Assembly: GCF_000143415.4 (NCBI RefSeq)
Contig: NW_003314282.1
Span: 655,700-719,699, forward strand
Direction: 5' to 3'
Length of the DNA: 64,000 nt
Origin: Selaginella moellendorffii
Taxonomy: Eukaryota > Plantae > Lycopodiophyta
The notes beneath the pieces were generated by a model. The model searched no databases, was not told where the DNA came from, and saw only the letters and a list, made by a program, of their open reading frames with translations. Position numbers and translations under genes: made by a program. Numbering within the stretch: the stretch's first letter is position 1; the number at the start of each line of letters is the position of its first letter. This document shows positions 11,438 through 24,773 of the stretch, piece by piece.

Positions 11438-14400
11438 TGTGTTATGATTTTCACTTGCTGCTGCATTCTTATATATCCTTCTTGTGGCCACGTACTTACG
11501 GAGAACTCCAGAATGCCTTAATGCATTAATTAACAAGGAAAATCTGAAAACTTAGAACAAACAACAGTTCGTACATAGACCCTTGTGGAGCGTGTGGGAA
11601 GGTGTAACAACTTATGGTACATAATATTGAATGTCTTGTGACTTTAGGACACGAGACATGAATATCTGGCCAGACCTTTAGAAATATTCCACGTGACAAT
11701 TGTGTCTTATGGATGGCCATATATATATATGGATATGTATATGCTTGCTGACAACTATGGTAGAAATAGAACCTAAGACTATGGCATAAATATCATCCAT
11801 CTATGGAATTTTGAAGAGCTAACTACAACCTCATATGCAACTAACAAACTCTTAAATCAATCTCAAAACCATAACTTTAAACTGAAGCAAGGGAATTTAA
11901 GAGTTATTGCAATCCATAAAATACTATAATAACAAATAATACATCCCATTTCTAATTTTCTTGCTAGCTAAAAACTCCATGAACTTATGAGTCTCAAAGG
12001 TTGACAAAAGGGAAGATATAGAGACAAGTTTTACTGATGGTCATAAGTTCGAGTTAATAATAGTCTTAAATTATTACTTATTTTGCATTGGCTGAAATAG
12101 TTTTATAATAAGATATCCCTTGTTATCTAGCCTTTTTGTTTGGACAAAGCTTTATATACAAGGAGGTCTATTATTATCCAAGATTTCTTTTGTATTATTT
12201 TTCCATTTCCATCTTGACAACTATTAAAAAATTTCCATCTAATGCTTTTTTATCCACTGGGCACTTTCCTTTTATATTTGAACCTCTATGAATCATCTTT
12301 TGAGTCATTCCCTTTAGTTGTTTACAACTCCAATGCAATGAGGCTAAATAAATATAATAAAGGACAAGTATAACAAGTCCAAATAAAATTAATGCTTTAA
12401 AACTTATTTTCCTTTAAGAAGGGGATAATGAAGATGCAGAAGATAAACAAAGTGAGTGCAACCTATCATATGTAGTGTTGGATAAAAACAAAAATCATAA
12501 GTCTGAGTTAATATAATTGTCATTGAAAGTCTTTACCTTATTATTTCTAGTGAGGAGTTCATTCTCTTGAGAGTATTAAATTTTTCTTTAATTTTCCCAT
12601 GTCAAATATTGTTAGGGAAAATGCACTCAACTTGAAATTTTAGCAAAAGTTACTCAACCCTTGAAACAAAAGCATACTCAACACCAAAAACAATCTACTA
12701 ATAAAACAAAAGTAAGATTTTTGGTTTCACGAATATGCTCCATATCTCTATATTACTTAACTCAACACCAAATTGAGAATAAGAATCATAAGTCATAAAT
12801 TATTGATATATTATGAAAAACAAATGTTGTAAATAGGGAAATATATTAGAAATTTGAAAAGATGGCATAGGCCAAGAAAATAACAAAAAGGTTGGGAAAG
12901 AGAAAAAGGCAAAGAGGAAGAATCATGTGGCATATTTAAAGATTGACACTTATCTTGTGAAATCTTCAGTTTGTCCTCATATCCATCTTTAAAGCAATTA
13001 AATTCCTTATCAATGGTAGGAATCCTACATTTCTATGTCTTTTGAAATTCTAATATGTGCTTCTTTATGTATTCACTGAGGCTTGACATGAAATTAAAAT
13101 ATAAATGATTTACTTGAGCTTATACACATCATCTTATTATAAGCTTGATCATTAAATATCCTCCAAGAACTAAACTGCATTATCCATAACTCTGTAATTG
13201 ATATCATGATCACAATCCATGTCAATGGGAAATAATAGGACATCAAGAATAGAAAACACTGTGTAATCATATCCTATAGATGTTAATATTGGCAATATAT
13301 CATAGACAAACACAACATTAATATGATCACACTTTACAGGACTTAAAGCTTGACCTAATATTGGAACAATCCTAAAGCATTCAACATCCTAATACTAAAA
13401 CCAGCATACAAAATAGAGCTAAATAGAGTTTGGCACTATTTCATCATACCAGTGGCTTAATATGAGGATATAAAAACTCCACTAGATAACATGGTATGGA
13501 GTTTGGATTTAGACTATACCATATATGAATTTTGAGCCAAAATTCAATTTTGTTGTACTATAAAACAAAGATTCAATACGCATTTAAATCCCTTACAAGC
13601 ACTAGCTCTCTGTATTCAACTTTTGCATACAAAATAGTGTCAAACAGTGTTTGACACAATTTCAACATATTAATGGCTTAATGCAAGGAGATGGATACCT
13701 TATAGACTAGAGGAGCATGGAACTTAGGCTTATACCCAAAGCAAACAATAAAAAGCAATACATCCCAACAAAAGTTAAATTAATGTCTCAAATGGTCAAT
13801 TATACTTCTAACCTACTATATATTTAAAACCCCTTTAGCCCCCTTTCCCCCCTCTATATGAATGTATGCTGTAGGCTTTCACCCCAGTCCAAGGAGTTAA
13901 GGATGTACTTAAAGGATGAATTAACATTCTTATAATACAAAAGGATGCTCATCAACACCACCACTAGGTTAAGGCCCCAAAGCATATCTATCTACTAAGT
14001 CCCACTAACTTTTGAGACTTCTTCACCACATGACTATACTTTTGGTTATTCAATAAGAGAACCATTGCATTTTAGGATTTTGGGATAACATTTTAAAACA
14101 TCATAGCCTAACGTGAGCCTTTTAAATACTCTCCCCACCTTTTGCCACCAAAGTGTTCTAACTATATGGCTAAAGTAAAGTTTTAATGAGCCAAGTAAAA
14201 TAGCTAAGTAAGCAGTGCCACTTACACTTAGATTGAAAGCATTGACCATTTAATCTCCCAAAAAAGGTAGAATAGCCTTTTGAACATTTTACCAAATTAT
14301 TTCACTTGTCCATTCATGTTTGCCTTAGTCTTGGACTCTCTAACATTTATATCATCACTCATCATATAACATAGCTATCCTTAGTCACATTGGCCTTCCT

Positions 14401-17400
14401 TAGCCACACAAGTTTTACCCATGTAAGGACTTTAGGGTTTGAGAAACAATCATTTAGGCTTTCACCTCAAACCTGAGCTTGGTTTTAAACTTGGTTTCTT
14501 GGTATTAGTTTTGGTCTCAACCTTAATCTTAGTTTCAATCTTGAACTCCATCTCAAGTTTAACCTTGACACATAACACTTGCCATATGTTACTCATTTTT
14601 TTATCTTTTATTTGAGACTCACTTACCAATGATTTGTGCTTGTTCCTTAAGCACTTCTTTAGAAGTTCCACTTATGTTTTTAACTTTTTAAGTTGATGCA
14701 AATGTGTTACACTTGTTAAACTTTTACCTTGGCCACTATCACATTCAACTCCACTTTGGGATTTAGGGATTTTTGTATTATATAGAATTATGCTGCTACA
14801 AAGGAGGAGTAAATTACTCTACCATGAAACTGAATGAAAAGAAGAAAACAAAAATGACAAAATGGAAAACCTACAAAAAAAAAGAGATTTAGGCAATGGA
14901 AAAGTTAGATCTAAATCAAAAAATGCAAATCTAAGCACTCCTCAAAGATCAATGAGAGAACAAAATATAATCCAAAATTATTAAATTATTTAGTCTAATC
15001 TGAGTCCTACTATGCTAATAATAACATTTAGCATTGTAGTTGTATATCTAAACTTCACAGAAGATAGTGATTAATTTATTAATTAAATATTTGTAAAACT
15101 TTTACTAGTTTTAAATTTAAATTTTATTTATGAATTATAATTATACTAATTATTTCATTTAAATCTAATTAAGATACTAAAATAAAATAATTATTTATTG
15201 TAATTTTACATATAATTTTTAAAACTAAATATAATTATGAAATATTATATAATAAAGTTTAGGTAGTTATTATTTTTTAATTAAGAAAAATCACTTTATA
15301 CATAGCCTAGAATTTCTTTACATACATTTAAACACCTTTCTTTACCTATCTAATATAGTAAATTTCTAAAAACTTCTTATTGAATCTGAAATGATATTTA
15401 ATAAATTTAGTGAAGTGTTAAAGAGCCACTTTAACTCCCCCAAAAATCAAATGATCAATGCTCCCAATTTAAGTGTAAGTGGCATTATTTACTTAGATAC
15501 TTAGTGTGGTTCATCAAAACCCCACTCTAGCCACATAGTTACAGCACTTAAGGGCAAAAAGTGAGGAAAGTACCCATGAAATTTGTGTAAAGCCATAGTG
15601 TTTTGAAATGTTATCCTAAAGTCCTAAATGGTGGAAAGGAAGAAGAGTAATCCTCTTGTATAGTGACTAAAGACATGGTTACATGACGAAGAAGTCTTAA
15701 AGGTCAGTGGGATATAATGGTTGGGCTTTTGAACCTTTACCCAATGGCAATGTTAGTGAACACAACCATAGATGGAGAAGGATTAGTGTTTTTTATATCT
15801 TTAGGCATCATAAGGATGCTAAGGGGTGATTTTAGAATGATTACTCATGGATGAAGGACCCATTCTTTGAAAAACAAAACTATAGCATAGCTTTAGATTA
15901 TATTTATTTACCCTTGTCTCATTGGTGAGCACTTGGATCAAGTGCAAAGGTTAAATGGTGCCATTTATGGGGTTAGCATACCCCTAAGTCCAGAATAAAA
16001 CTCATAAAGGTTGTGAGTGAGACTTATTCAAGTGGTCAAAAGTGTAATTAAGTGAATAGAAAATTTAATTGCTTACATGATAACAATCTTTTATAAAAGT
16101 GATTTTGTGATGTATTTATGTTTTTTCTTTTTGTGGAAGTCAAAATTTGTGTGTAGCTCCTACTTGAATGATTGTAGTGATGGTGATAGTAGTAGAGTTG
16201 GTGACTATGATATGGGGAAAGGGTTTTGTAAAACTTGGAGAAGGGCTACTCTATTGTGGAGTTTGTGTGATTGGCCATACCTTAGTAGCTTGTATTGACA
16301 ATAAATTTGGCCTATCAAGATTTCCATTAAAAGGCTCCCAATCAAACATTCTTTAATCCTTAGTGCAATTTGAATCCCAGACAATGTGCTTCAAGGTAAG
16401 GAATCTTGTATATGCAATTAATTCTATTTGCTAATAGATTTTTTCTTATAATAAGAATAATGATTGTTGAGACTATATTCATGATGAACTTACGGGTTTA
16501 TTTATTTGTTTTGTGCAAATATCTCTATTAGCTGTTTAAAAATATAGCTAATTCTTAAATAGAGGTATTACAACCCACCTTTATGTATTTTTTGGTAAGA
16601 GTAGTTGTTCTTTGTTTTCCTTGGCTAAGTCTAATTTTTTATTTGTTTAGAATATAATATTCTTAACTCTTTCACTAGCAACACTCTCTAGTTTTCCTCT
16701 AAAGATAGACAAAAGCCAAGTAAGATTTCTTAGATTTCTCAAAATAAAGAGACTAACTTGTAAATTATAATTTTGCACTAGTATTGCATTAATGCTTCCA
16801 CAAAAAAATTCAATTTTTATGTGTGATTGCATGATTTAGTAATTTGTTGTAGCCTATGAGGTTTGAGGACAACAAGAACATCATAATGATGCTTCCACAA
16901 TGATCTGAAAGTGATGTTCTCGTCAAGTCTTCCTTTGCTAGTGATCAAGAGTTAAGATTTTCCTAGAAACTAGGGTCTAACTCTAGTTCAAATTGGGGGG
17001 ATTTACAAGAGATTTGTCCGGGAAAGTGTGTGCTACAACTTGTGTAGACAATTGGAACCATTAGTTCACTGGATGAGAGAGGAGCAAGGCAAGATTGGTC
17101 AAGTGAGGAAGTGGAGAGTGTTTTGAAAGGAGGTTGATAATCCGATCTACATTCAAATGGGTTGTAGCAATCACAAAGACATTTTTTGGATTGTGACAAT
17201 AGTTGATTCTGATCTTTTTGATCTTTGCACTGCCTTTTAGAGAAATACAGACACGTTCTACTGGAACTAGTGTGTTTTGCGGAAACAAAATAATCTTGAA
17301 AGCTATAAGAATTTCCTTAAAGCAAAATTTTATACTTGACCACATGGTAAAATCTTTTCCTTTTAATTTACATTCTCCCAGTCTGTGGGCTTTAGAGTTA

Positions 17401-17473
17401 TATTTCTAGTATGATAAAGTTTTTGGTTGTGCAGGATTGCATCAAGATCTCTTGAGGTGGACCAGACGCTCAC

Positions 17474-17500
17474 ACTCTCTCTCTCTCTCTCTCTCTCTCT
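17474..17500. repeat. (CT)n microsatellite
   Basis: Direct reading. Confidence 0.95.
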
Positions 17501-17635
17501 TAAATGGGGAAATAAATTTTAAAAAAATATATTCAAATAACTAAATAAAAACTATAAACTGGAAATGATGTACTCTTTTAAAGTTTTAAATTTTAGCCAA
17601 ACAACTTAGTGATGAGCCTGTGCTACCAACTTCAC

Positions 17636-17781
17636 AAAGAACAGCCAACTCGATCTCATGAACTTTAGCAAGCCTATATGTTTGAGTGTCTCCCTTGGAA
17701 AAAGTTCTTAAAGAACAGCCAACTCGATCTCATAAACTTTAGCAAGCCTATATGCTTGAGTGTCTCCCTTGGAAAAAGTTC
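17636..17781 (+). repeat. Near-perfect tandem duplication, period 74 bp
   Basis: aaagaacagccaactcgatctcat...cccttggaaaaagttc at 17636 and 17710. Confidence 0.9.
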
Positions 17782-18385
17782 CTCCACTTGCTCATCATTC
17801 TTCAAAATAACTGCCTTTCCATGGAATGCTTTGTTTGTGGCCAACAGTTCTTGGTCCTCAATCATTGCAACCGCATCCATGGCTTGAGAGCAAGATGGTC
17901 TTGAGAACAAGACAATGTTATGTTCTCATGAAAATCTTTATAAACAATTTTAAAGGCTAGCCAATTCCTATATAAGTTTATGTCATTTGCCTATGAACTA
18001 AATATTTGTTTTGTTTATACTAGTTATTGTGGGGTTTGACCTGCAATACTTTTGTGAGTGTGAGTTGATAATGTTCTCAAAACCATAGGTCAAGTGCTGC
18101 AAACAACACCACAAAAGAGCCCTCTTCACCACATACTTGCTCTAGTACTATACAAAATGTGCTTTGAACTCTTCTTTTGCTTGTTTCTTGCTGTAAAGTT
18201 GTGTTTCACAAGGTTTGCTATTTTGTGTTTGTTTTGTTTTGTTTTGTTTTTTCTTTTTATATTTGCTTTTTTCCTTTCAGCTATTTTAAGTTTGGATTTT
18301 TGTGATGAATTATTAGGCTGGCTTTGTGAGTGTGGTGGTCCTTAATCATGAAAACCTGGAGACATTCCAGTCATAGCTATGATAT

Positions 18386-19545
18386 TGTAAGCCACAAATT
18401 TTTCCTTTCCAATTTGCCAACTTACCTCATCTATCCGTCCAACGCTGCCTTGGCTTTTGCTAAGTTCCCTCGCCAAGGTTCTCGCCTATGGTACCAGCTC
18501 CTACTTGGTTTCAGCTACTCACTGCACGAGCAACGGAGTGTTAGCCATCCTTCCACGGATTCCCAAATCATTCCCAATCCCCCTCCCTGGGTTAGACTGG
18601 ACTTAAGGTTCGGCTACACTCCCCGCAAGCACAAGCAGCCAAGCACACCAAGCTTCCAGGTTCCTAACATCCCTTGGTACCACAAGACTTGATCATGGGA
18701 CCCTCTAAATCCCAAGTCTTGAGTGCAACACTTGCTTCGGGATGCCGGGGCGAAACACCGTGGCCTAGCGGCCCGGTATGGGTACCTCTCGCCCCCCACT
18801 TCCATCCCGAAGGAAGGCCCAAGCCCCTAGGGAGGGCGAGGACCAATGAGCCGCATGGTACTCAAGTGGGGCACCACTCCACATGAGCCGGGAGCACCGC
18901 AATCGGTTTCCCTTTCGGGAGTGGGAGCTGCTCTTGAGCACTTCCTTGGATGGCCCCTCCGGCACCAGCCAAGTCCATGCTCACTCCCACCCAAGGCCCC
19001 TCGGTCCCAGTCTCAACCTCAAGTCGGTTTGGAAGCCCAACTGGAGAGTCCCTTCAAAACTGGTTCCTGGACCTCACTATCCCTACTATACTTTTGGAAC
19101 CCCCTGCAGCCCCCCCCCCCCCCACCAACGTTTGCGAGAAAAAGGCTTTGTGTTTTCACCCCTTGACCCGTATTAGTATTTGGACTTAGTCTCTGGCTCG
19201 ATCTCGGACCCGATTTCGGATCCGACTTCGGAGTCGGTTTCGGACTCGATCTCGGACTCGATCTCGGACCCGATCTCGGACCCGACTTCGGACTCGACCT
19301 CGGACTCGGTCTCGGACCCGATTTCGGATCTCGGACTCCGTCTCGAACTCGGTCTCGAACTCGGACTCGAACTCGGTCCCCGAGTCGGTCTCGGACTCGA
19401 TTCCGGACTCGATCTTGAACTCGGTCCTAGAGTCAGTCTTGGACTCGATCTTCGACTTGGTCTCATCCGATGAACTCTTTGTCATTTTGGTCATGCTTTC
19501 GGGGTTCCTTTAGCCTACGACACCTCGGCGAGTTGGTTCCTTACA
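18386..19545 (-). repeat. 3' LTR of element 1, containing a TCGGACTCGATC-like tandem array (about 19190-19460)
   Basis: Near-identical to 24774-25930; polypurine tract (TATGGGGTGGTGGGAGT on minus strand) adjacent on the internal side. Confidence 0.95.
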
Positions 19546-19941
19546 ACTCCACCACCCATAGAAGAAGTTCGATGCCCACATCGAACGTCTCGTTTTATCC
19601 TACGACTTGTTGACCATGTCTCCGGGGGCATCCCCCCACTTAGCGGTGTGCCTAAGTTAGCCTCCCCGGCCAAGAGCCCATGACAACGGAATATAGGTGT
19701 CCCTATACTCCTCACCTCACCACGCCCTAGTATAGGGTCGGGACTTGAACCCAGCCTTGCTTTACTAGGGGTTGGGAACCCAACCTCCGTAGAATACGTC
19801 TACGGATTCGACATCCCCGCAGGGAGTCGGGCGTAGCTCCCTACGCCTGGTCGACCTAGCTAACCCATGCTAATTAGCTTACCTTCGGCGCGCCTTCGGG
19901 TCCCAACATATGCCATTGCTCAACTTCTCAAATTGATACTT

Positions 19942-22900
19942 TTAATTGAACTTTGCATAAGTACATAGAGTTCTGCCATGTAGAAATTCCTCCACTAGAT
20001 CTTGCGCGTTCGCTAGGTTCTCCTCCGGTTCCCAGGTTGCTTCGCAGTGTGGAAATCCTTTCCACTTCACATGGAACTCTCTCACCTCGCGTCCTTGTCG
20101 CTTGCTCTTGCGCGCATTGAGGATGGCTTTGACTTCGTATTCCTCCTCCCCTTGGATAACCTCAGGTAAAGGTCTTACTTGGTCCTTGCGAAGCGGATCC
20201 TCAAAATACGGCTTGAGTAAGTTCACGTGGAACACGGGATGCATCTTCCCCATCTCTCAAGGAAGTCGGAGACGGTAAGCCACTTTACCGATTCGAGCCT
20301 CAATCTCGTAAGGCCCCGCGAACCTGTTTAAGGAACTCAAGATCAATTCATTTACAGGAATACATGCATTTTTACCTTTGGGTCAACTTCCAGCTGATCC
20401 CACTTGGTAGCCTGAGGTTCTTGGTGTTCAGCCACACCTTCTCCCCAGCTTGGAACTCCACATCTCGACGCTTTTGGTTCGTGTACTTAGTTTGCCTTTG
20501 TTGAGCCTGTTCCAAGGAATCCCTCACTAGATTCCAAATGTTGAGTCTTTCCGCCGTGAATGCCTCCACTGCGGGTAACTCTCCATGATACTCGGCCACG
20601 CCGAGTTCCACAGGACCTTCAATAGCTCGCCCATTGATGACTTCCCATGGACTCACCCCGATGCTCGAATGTGGTGAGTTGTTATAACACATTTCCGCAA
20701 GTTCCAAATGACTTACCCAGTCGGTCTGGTCTCCCGAGACATAGCATCGCAAATAATCCTCCAGCTGCCTATTCACCCTTTCCGTTTGTCCGTCTGTCAA
20801 GAAGTGTTAGTGCCATCAATCTTGACTCAATACCCATTACCTGTCTGTGGGTGATAGGCCGTGCTGAATTTCAACTTGGTGCGATACTGTTCTAGGAGTG
20901 TCCTCCAGAACCTACTGGTGAAGATCTTATCTCGATCTGAGATAATCTCTTCCGGCCTTCCCCGCACTCGAACCACTTGTTCAAAGAACAGCTTCGCCAC
21001 ACCTTCCGCATCCACATCCGTTGTGGTGGGTATGAAATGTGCCATCTTTGAAAATCGGTCCACCACCACGAATATCGCATCGAACCCCTCGCTTGGGGGT
21101 AGTCCCGTGATGAAGTCCATCGTGAGACATTTCCATGGACGATCTGGAATGGGGATGCTTTGCAACAAGCCCCCACTAGCCTTCGTCACGGCTTTGACCT
21201 GCTGACATGTTGGACATGTCTTTACATAGTCTTGGACGTCCTTAGCCATATCTGGCCAGTGATACTTCCTTTTGAGTAAGCCCATCGTCTTGGGCACTCC
21301 GCCGTGTCCCGCGAGAGGTCCGTCATGACACTCTTCCAAGGCTACTTTCCTTAGTTCCCCTTCTGGAACATACACCCTCGTTTGCTTGTAATATATGAGT
21401 CCGTTGCGTTCCGCATAGCCCGTTTTCTCTTCCGTTGGCAGCTCACCTCTCTGGTGAGCTTCCTGCGCCTCCAGGTTCCTCAGCAACACTTCTTGTGCTA
21501 GACCATCACTCTCGTATGCGGTCCGCACATCGTCCCAAAAGGTTGCTGTCGCGCTAGATATCGCCAACTTCAAGCTCGCTTTTCGACTTAGCGCATCTGC
21601 CACGATGTTGCTCTTCCCAGGCTTGTACAGGATCTCGCAATCAAACTCGGCCAAAGCATTGGCCCACCGACCTTGTTTTCCCCTTAGGTCGGGCTGTGAC
21701 AAGAAGTGTTTCGTTGCCACATTGTCCGTGTAAACCTTGAAGTGTCTCCCAAGGTAGTGTCGCCACTCCTTGAGCGCCTTGACCACCGCAAACAATTCCT
21801 TCTCGTGGGCAGGCCACTTCCGTTGAGCCTTGTCCAACTTCTTCGAGAAGAACGCTACTGGATGGTTGTCTTGCTTCAAAACTGCGCCCAACGCAAAGTC
21901 CGAAGCATCCGTGTCTACCTCAAAGTCCTTACCAAAGTCTGGTAATGCCAACACCGGAGCCTTCCTCAACTTCCCTTTGAGGTGGACGAATGCTGCCTCG
22001 CATTCCGCTGTCCATACCATCTTCCCTTTTCCTGTTTGGTCCGTTAAGGGCAGGGCTACTCTCGAATAGTGTCTGATAAACTTTCGATAGTAGTTGCATA
22101 GCCCCAGGAACGCCCTCAACTCATGTACATTCGATGGTCGTTCCCATTCCTGGATCGCTTGGACCTTCTCCGGGTCCACCTTGAGCCCGTCCTGGCCCAC
22201 CACATGCCCGAGAAACTTTACCTCTTGTTGAGCAAAGTCACATTTGCTCTCTTTAGCATACAGTTTGTGTTCCCTTAGTTTCTCAAACACCTTCGCCAAG
22301 TGTTCGGCATGCTCCTCTAGCGTCTCGCTATAGATCAGGATGTTGTCAATATAGACGACTACGAAGCGATCCAGATAGGGTATAAAGATGTGGTTCATCA
22401 ACGCCGAAAACGTTGCCGGCGCATTGCACAGCCCAAAGGGCATCACCAAAAACTCAAAGCTCCCATACCTCGTTCGACAGGTTGTCTTCTCGACATCTTC
22501 CTCAGCTACCCTGATCTGGTAGTATCCTGACCTTAGGTCAATCCTCGAGAAGTATTTTGCCTTTCCCAACCTATCGAACAGGTCCTCGATCCTTGGCAAA
22601 GGGTACTTGTTCTTCTTGGTATACTTGTTGAGCAACCGGTAGTCTATGCACATGCGCATAGATCCATCTTTCTTTTTCACAAATAGCACCGGCGCCCCAT
22701 ACGGCGACTTGCTCAACCTAACATACCCTTTGTCCACCAACTCCTCTAGTTGGCTCTTGAGCTCCTTGAGTTCTTTTTCGTTCAATCGATAGGGTGGACG
22801 AACCACCGCCTCAGCACCCTCGACCAGCTCAATCTTATGTTCTATCGGTCGTGCGGGGGGCAACCCCGCCGGTAGCTCCTCCGGCATCGTATCCTGGAAT

Positions 22901-24714
22901 TGGTCCAGCACCTGCTGGATCACTAAAGGTACTTCTTCCGTTCTTGTCTTTTTGTCACTCTTCACCGAGAGTAAGCACAAAAAGGCTGCCTTAGTCCCTT
23001 TAGTGAGTTGTCCTCTCGTGGACACCAGGTTTAAGCATGACTCTTTGGCTTTGCTTTGCCCTACCTTTAGATCCTGGGCCTCCACCCTAGATCTTCTTCC
23101 TTGGGCATTCGCCAATACCACAAGGTTCCTACCTTGTCCATGCAGGGCTACCACGAACCGATTAAACCAATCCATTCCGAAGATCACGTCAAATCCCGCC
23201 ATGTCCAACATGGTGAAATCCATGTCCACTTTCCATGTCCCCACTTCGACTCTCGCTTGTCGAAGTACCTCATCGGTGCTTTGGCTACCTTGAACAAACT
23301 CTATAGTCCTTGGTTCGCCTAGCCGCTGCACCGTTAGTCCGGCTTGCCGGACTATGTCTGCAGCCACAAAATTATCCAAAGCACCCGTGTCAATAAGGAT
23401 CTTAACAAAGCTACCTCCGAACTTCCCTCGGAGGGCTAGTAGATGTCGCGAACGACTTTCTACCAAAGTTGCTCGTGTAATGAGTAACTTTGAGTTAGGG
23501 ACTGGATCACATACCTCAGTTTGGACTTCACCCGACTTGATGGCCATATTGGCTCTGGCCTTCTTCGGGTAGGGACATTCCCTCGAGAAGTGTCCCGCTT
23601 CGCCGCAGTTGTAGCATACGTTGTTTCCCACGCTGCTATACGACTTGACCTTCTTATCCGTGGGTTTGTCTTTTTTCGCTTGACTCCCCCACGTACTCGC
23701 TCGCTGGCCACCGGATTTGCCTTTCCGGAACCCCGAGGACTCATTCTTAGAGAAACTCTTTTTGAATTTCCCCTTGCTATACGTTCCCCTTGGTTTGGCC
23801 CCTTTGCTAAATGTGAATCCCGACCCCGTCGTGTTCCCCTTTCGCAGGTTATCGTTGAAATGCACCTTGATGGCCGCATCCAACGCTTCCTTGTAGTTGG
23901 TCGGGTTCCACCGCATCACCTCACCGCGAGCCCAAGTTTGCAAACCTGATATGAAGGCATGGAACGCATCCATATCCCCCATGTCCGTGACAAGTATCCT
24001 CTTTGCCATGAACCCATTCACATATTCCTGGATGGTTCCAGTCTGCTTCAGCCTACTCAACTCATCTCTCAGATGCAGAGTGGCATTCGGAGGAACGTAT
24101 GTTGCGCGGATCCTCGCCTTCATCATATCCCAAGTGGCCACTGGTCCTTCGTTGGCCTCCATCGTTCTCCACCAAGACTTGGCATTATCTGCCAAGTATG
24201 GTTTTGCACATGGGACCTTCTCCGAGCTCGGTAACCGCAACGCTCAGAAGTAGTCCTCCATATCGTAAAACCAATCCTCCACCACCTTATAGTCGTTCAC
24301 TCCCTTGAAGACCGGTGGGGGCTTTGGTTTGTACTTGGGAACTGCCTGAGGGACTGATTCTACTTCGGTCTGTTCGACCTTGTCTGGTTTTGCCTCAGTC
24401 CCAGCCGAAAGATCCACACCTTCTGCGCTGCCAGCATCCGCAGTCTTTTTCTTTTTCTTCCGCCTCTCGTCACGTTTTAGCTTGCGTACGAGAGTTTCGA
24501 GCAGGGCATTGGTCTGTGCCAACTGTCCTTCTAGCACGTCCAATCGAGCCTTGGACGACCGAACCTCGCCACCGGACTCCTGTTTGGAAGTTTCCTCACT
24601 AGAGTCCTCCTCATGCAAGGATTCTTCATCCATAGCCTCTTGTTCGACCGGAGGCTCTAGCTCCGGCGGAGGTTCCGTCTCCGCCTGGGTTTGCTTATGC
24701 CCTGCCCTTGCCAT
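19942..24714 (-). pseudogene. Single-frame gag-pol of element 1 with two introns (20794-20840, 20324-20375), two in-frame TGA stops and RT YIDD>YIDN
   Basis: Splicing restores HPQT/DGQTER and KLTQR/FAGPY; stops at about 24244 (DYF*ALR) and about 20258 (RLP*EMG). Confidence 0.88.
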
Positions 24715-24758
24715 CTCCCAGCAATCCGCCTCTATCCTTCGCTAGAACTGAGATAAAG

Positions 24759-24770
24759 GCTCCGATACCA
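24759..24770 (-). promoter_or_regulatory. Primer binding site for initiator tRNA-Met
   Basis: TGGTATCGGAGCC three nt inside the 5' LTR (consensus TGGTATCAGAGC). Confidence 0.9.
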
Positions 24771-24773
24771 AAT

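Larger units (their letters stand above)
11750..18380. repeat. AT-rich, CpG-depleted tract of decayed transposon-derived sequence
   Basis: No credible ORFs, near absence of CG, degenerate direct and inverted repeats; a segment near 12260-12330 matches LTR-like repeats at 54.4-54.9 kb. Confidence 0.55.

Noticed and set aside
19124-19150. Local divergence between the two element-1 LTRs right after the poly-C run
   Set aside because: Probably sequencing error next to a long homopolymer; not used for dating
19173-19494. SDSI/ESEI/RDRV low-complexity ORFs (also 25556-25877)
   Set aside because: Translations of the LTR tandem array, open in several frames on both strands
19920-19975. AT-rich patch after the chromodomain as a possible third intron
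   Set aside because: No convincing donor/acceptor pair and no conserved motif restored
24244-24246. TGA in gag as programmed readthrough
   Set aside because: It lies early in the capsid region, not at the gag-pol boundary, and matches the CGA>TGA pattern of the other stops
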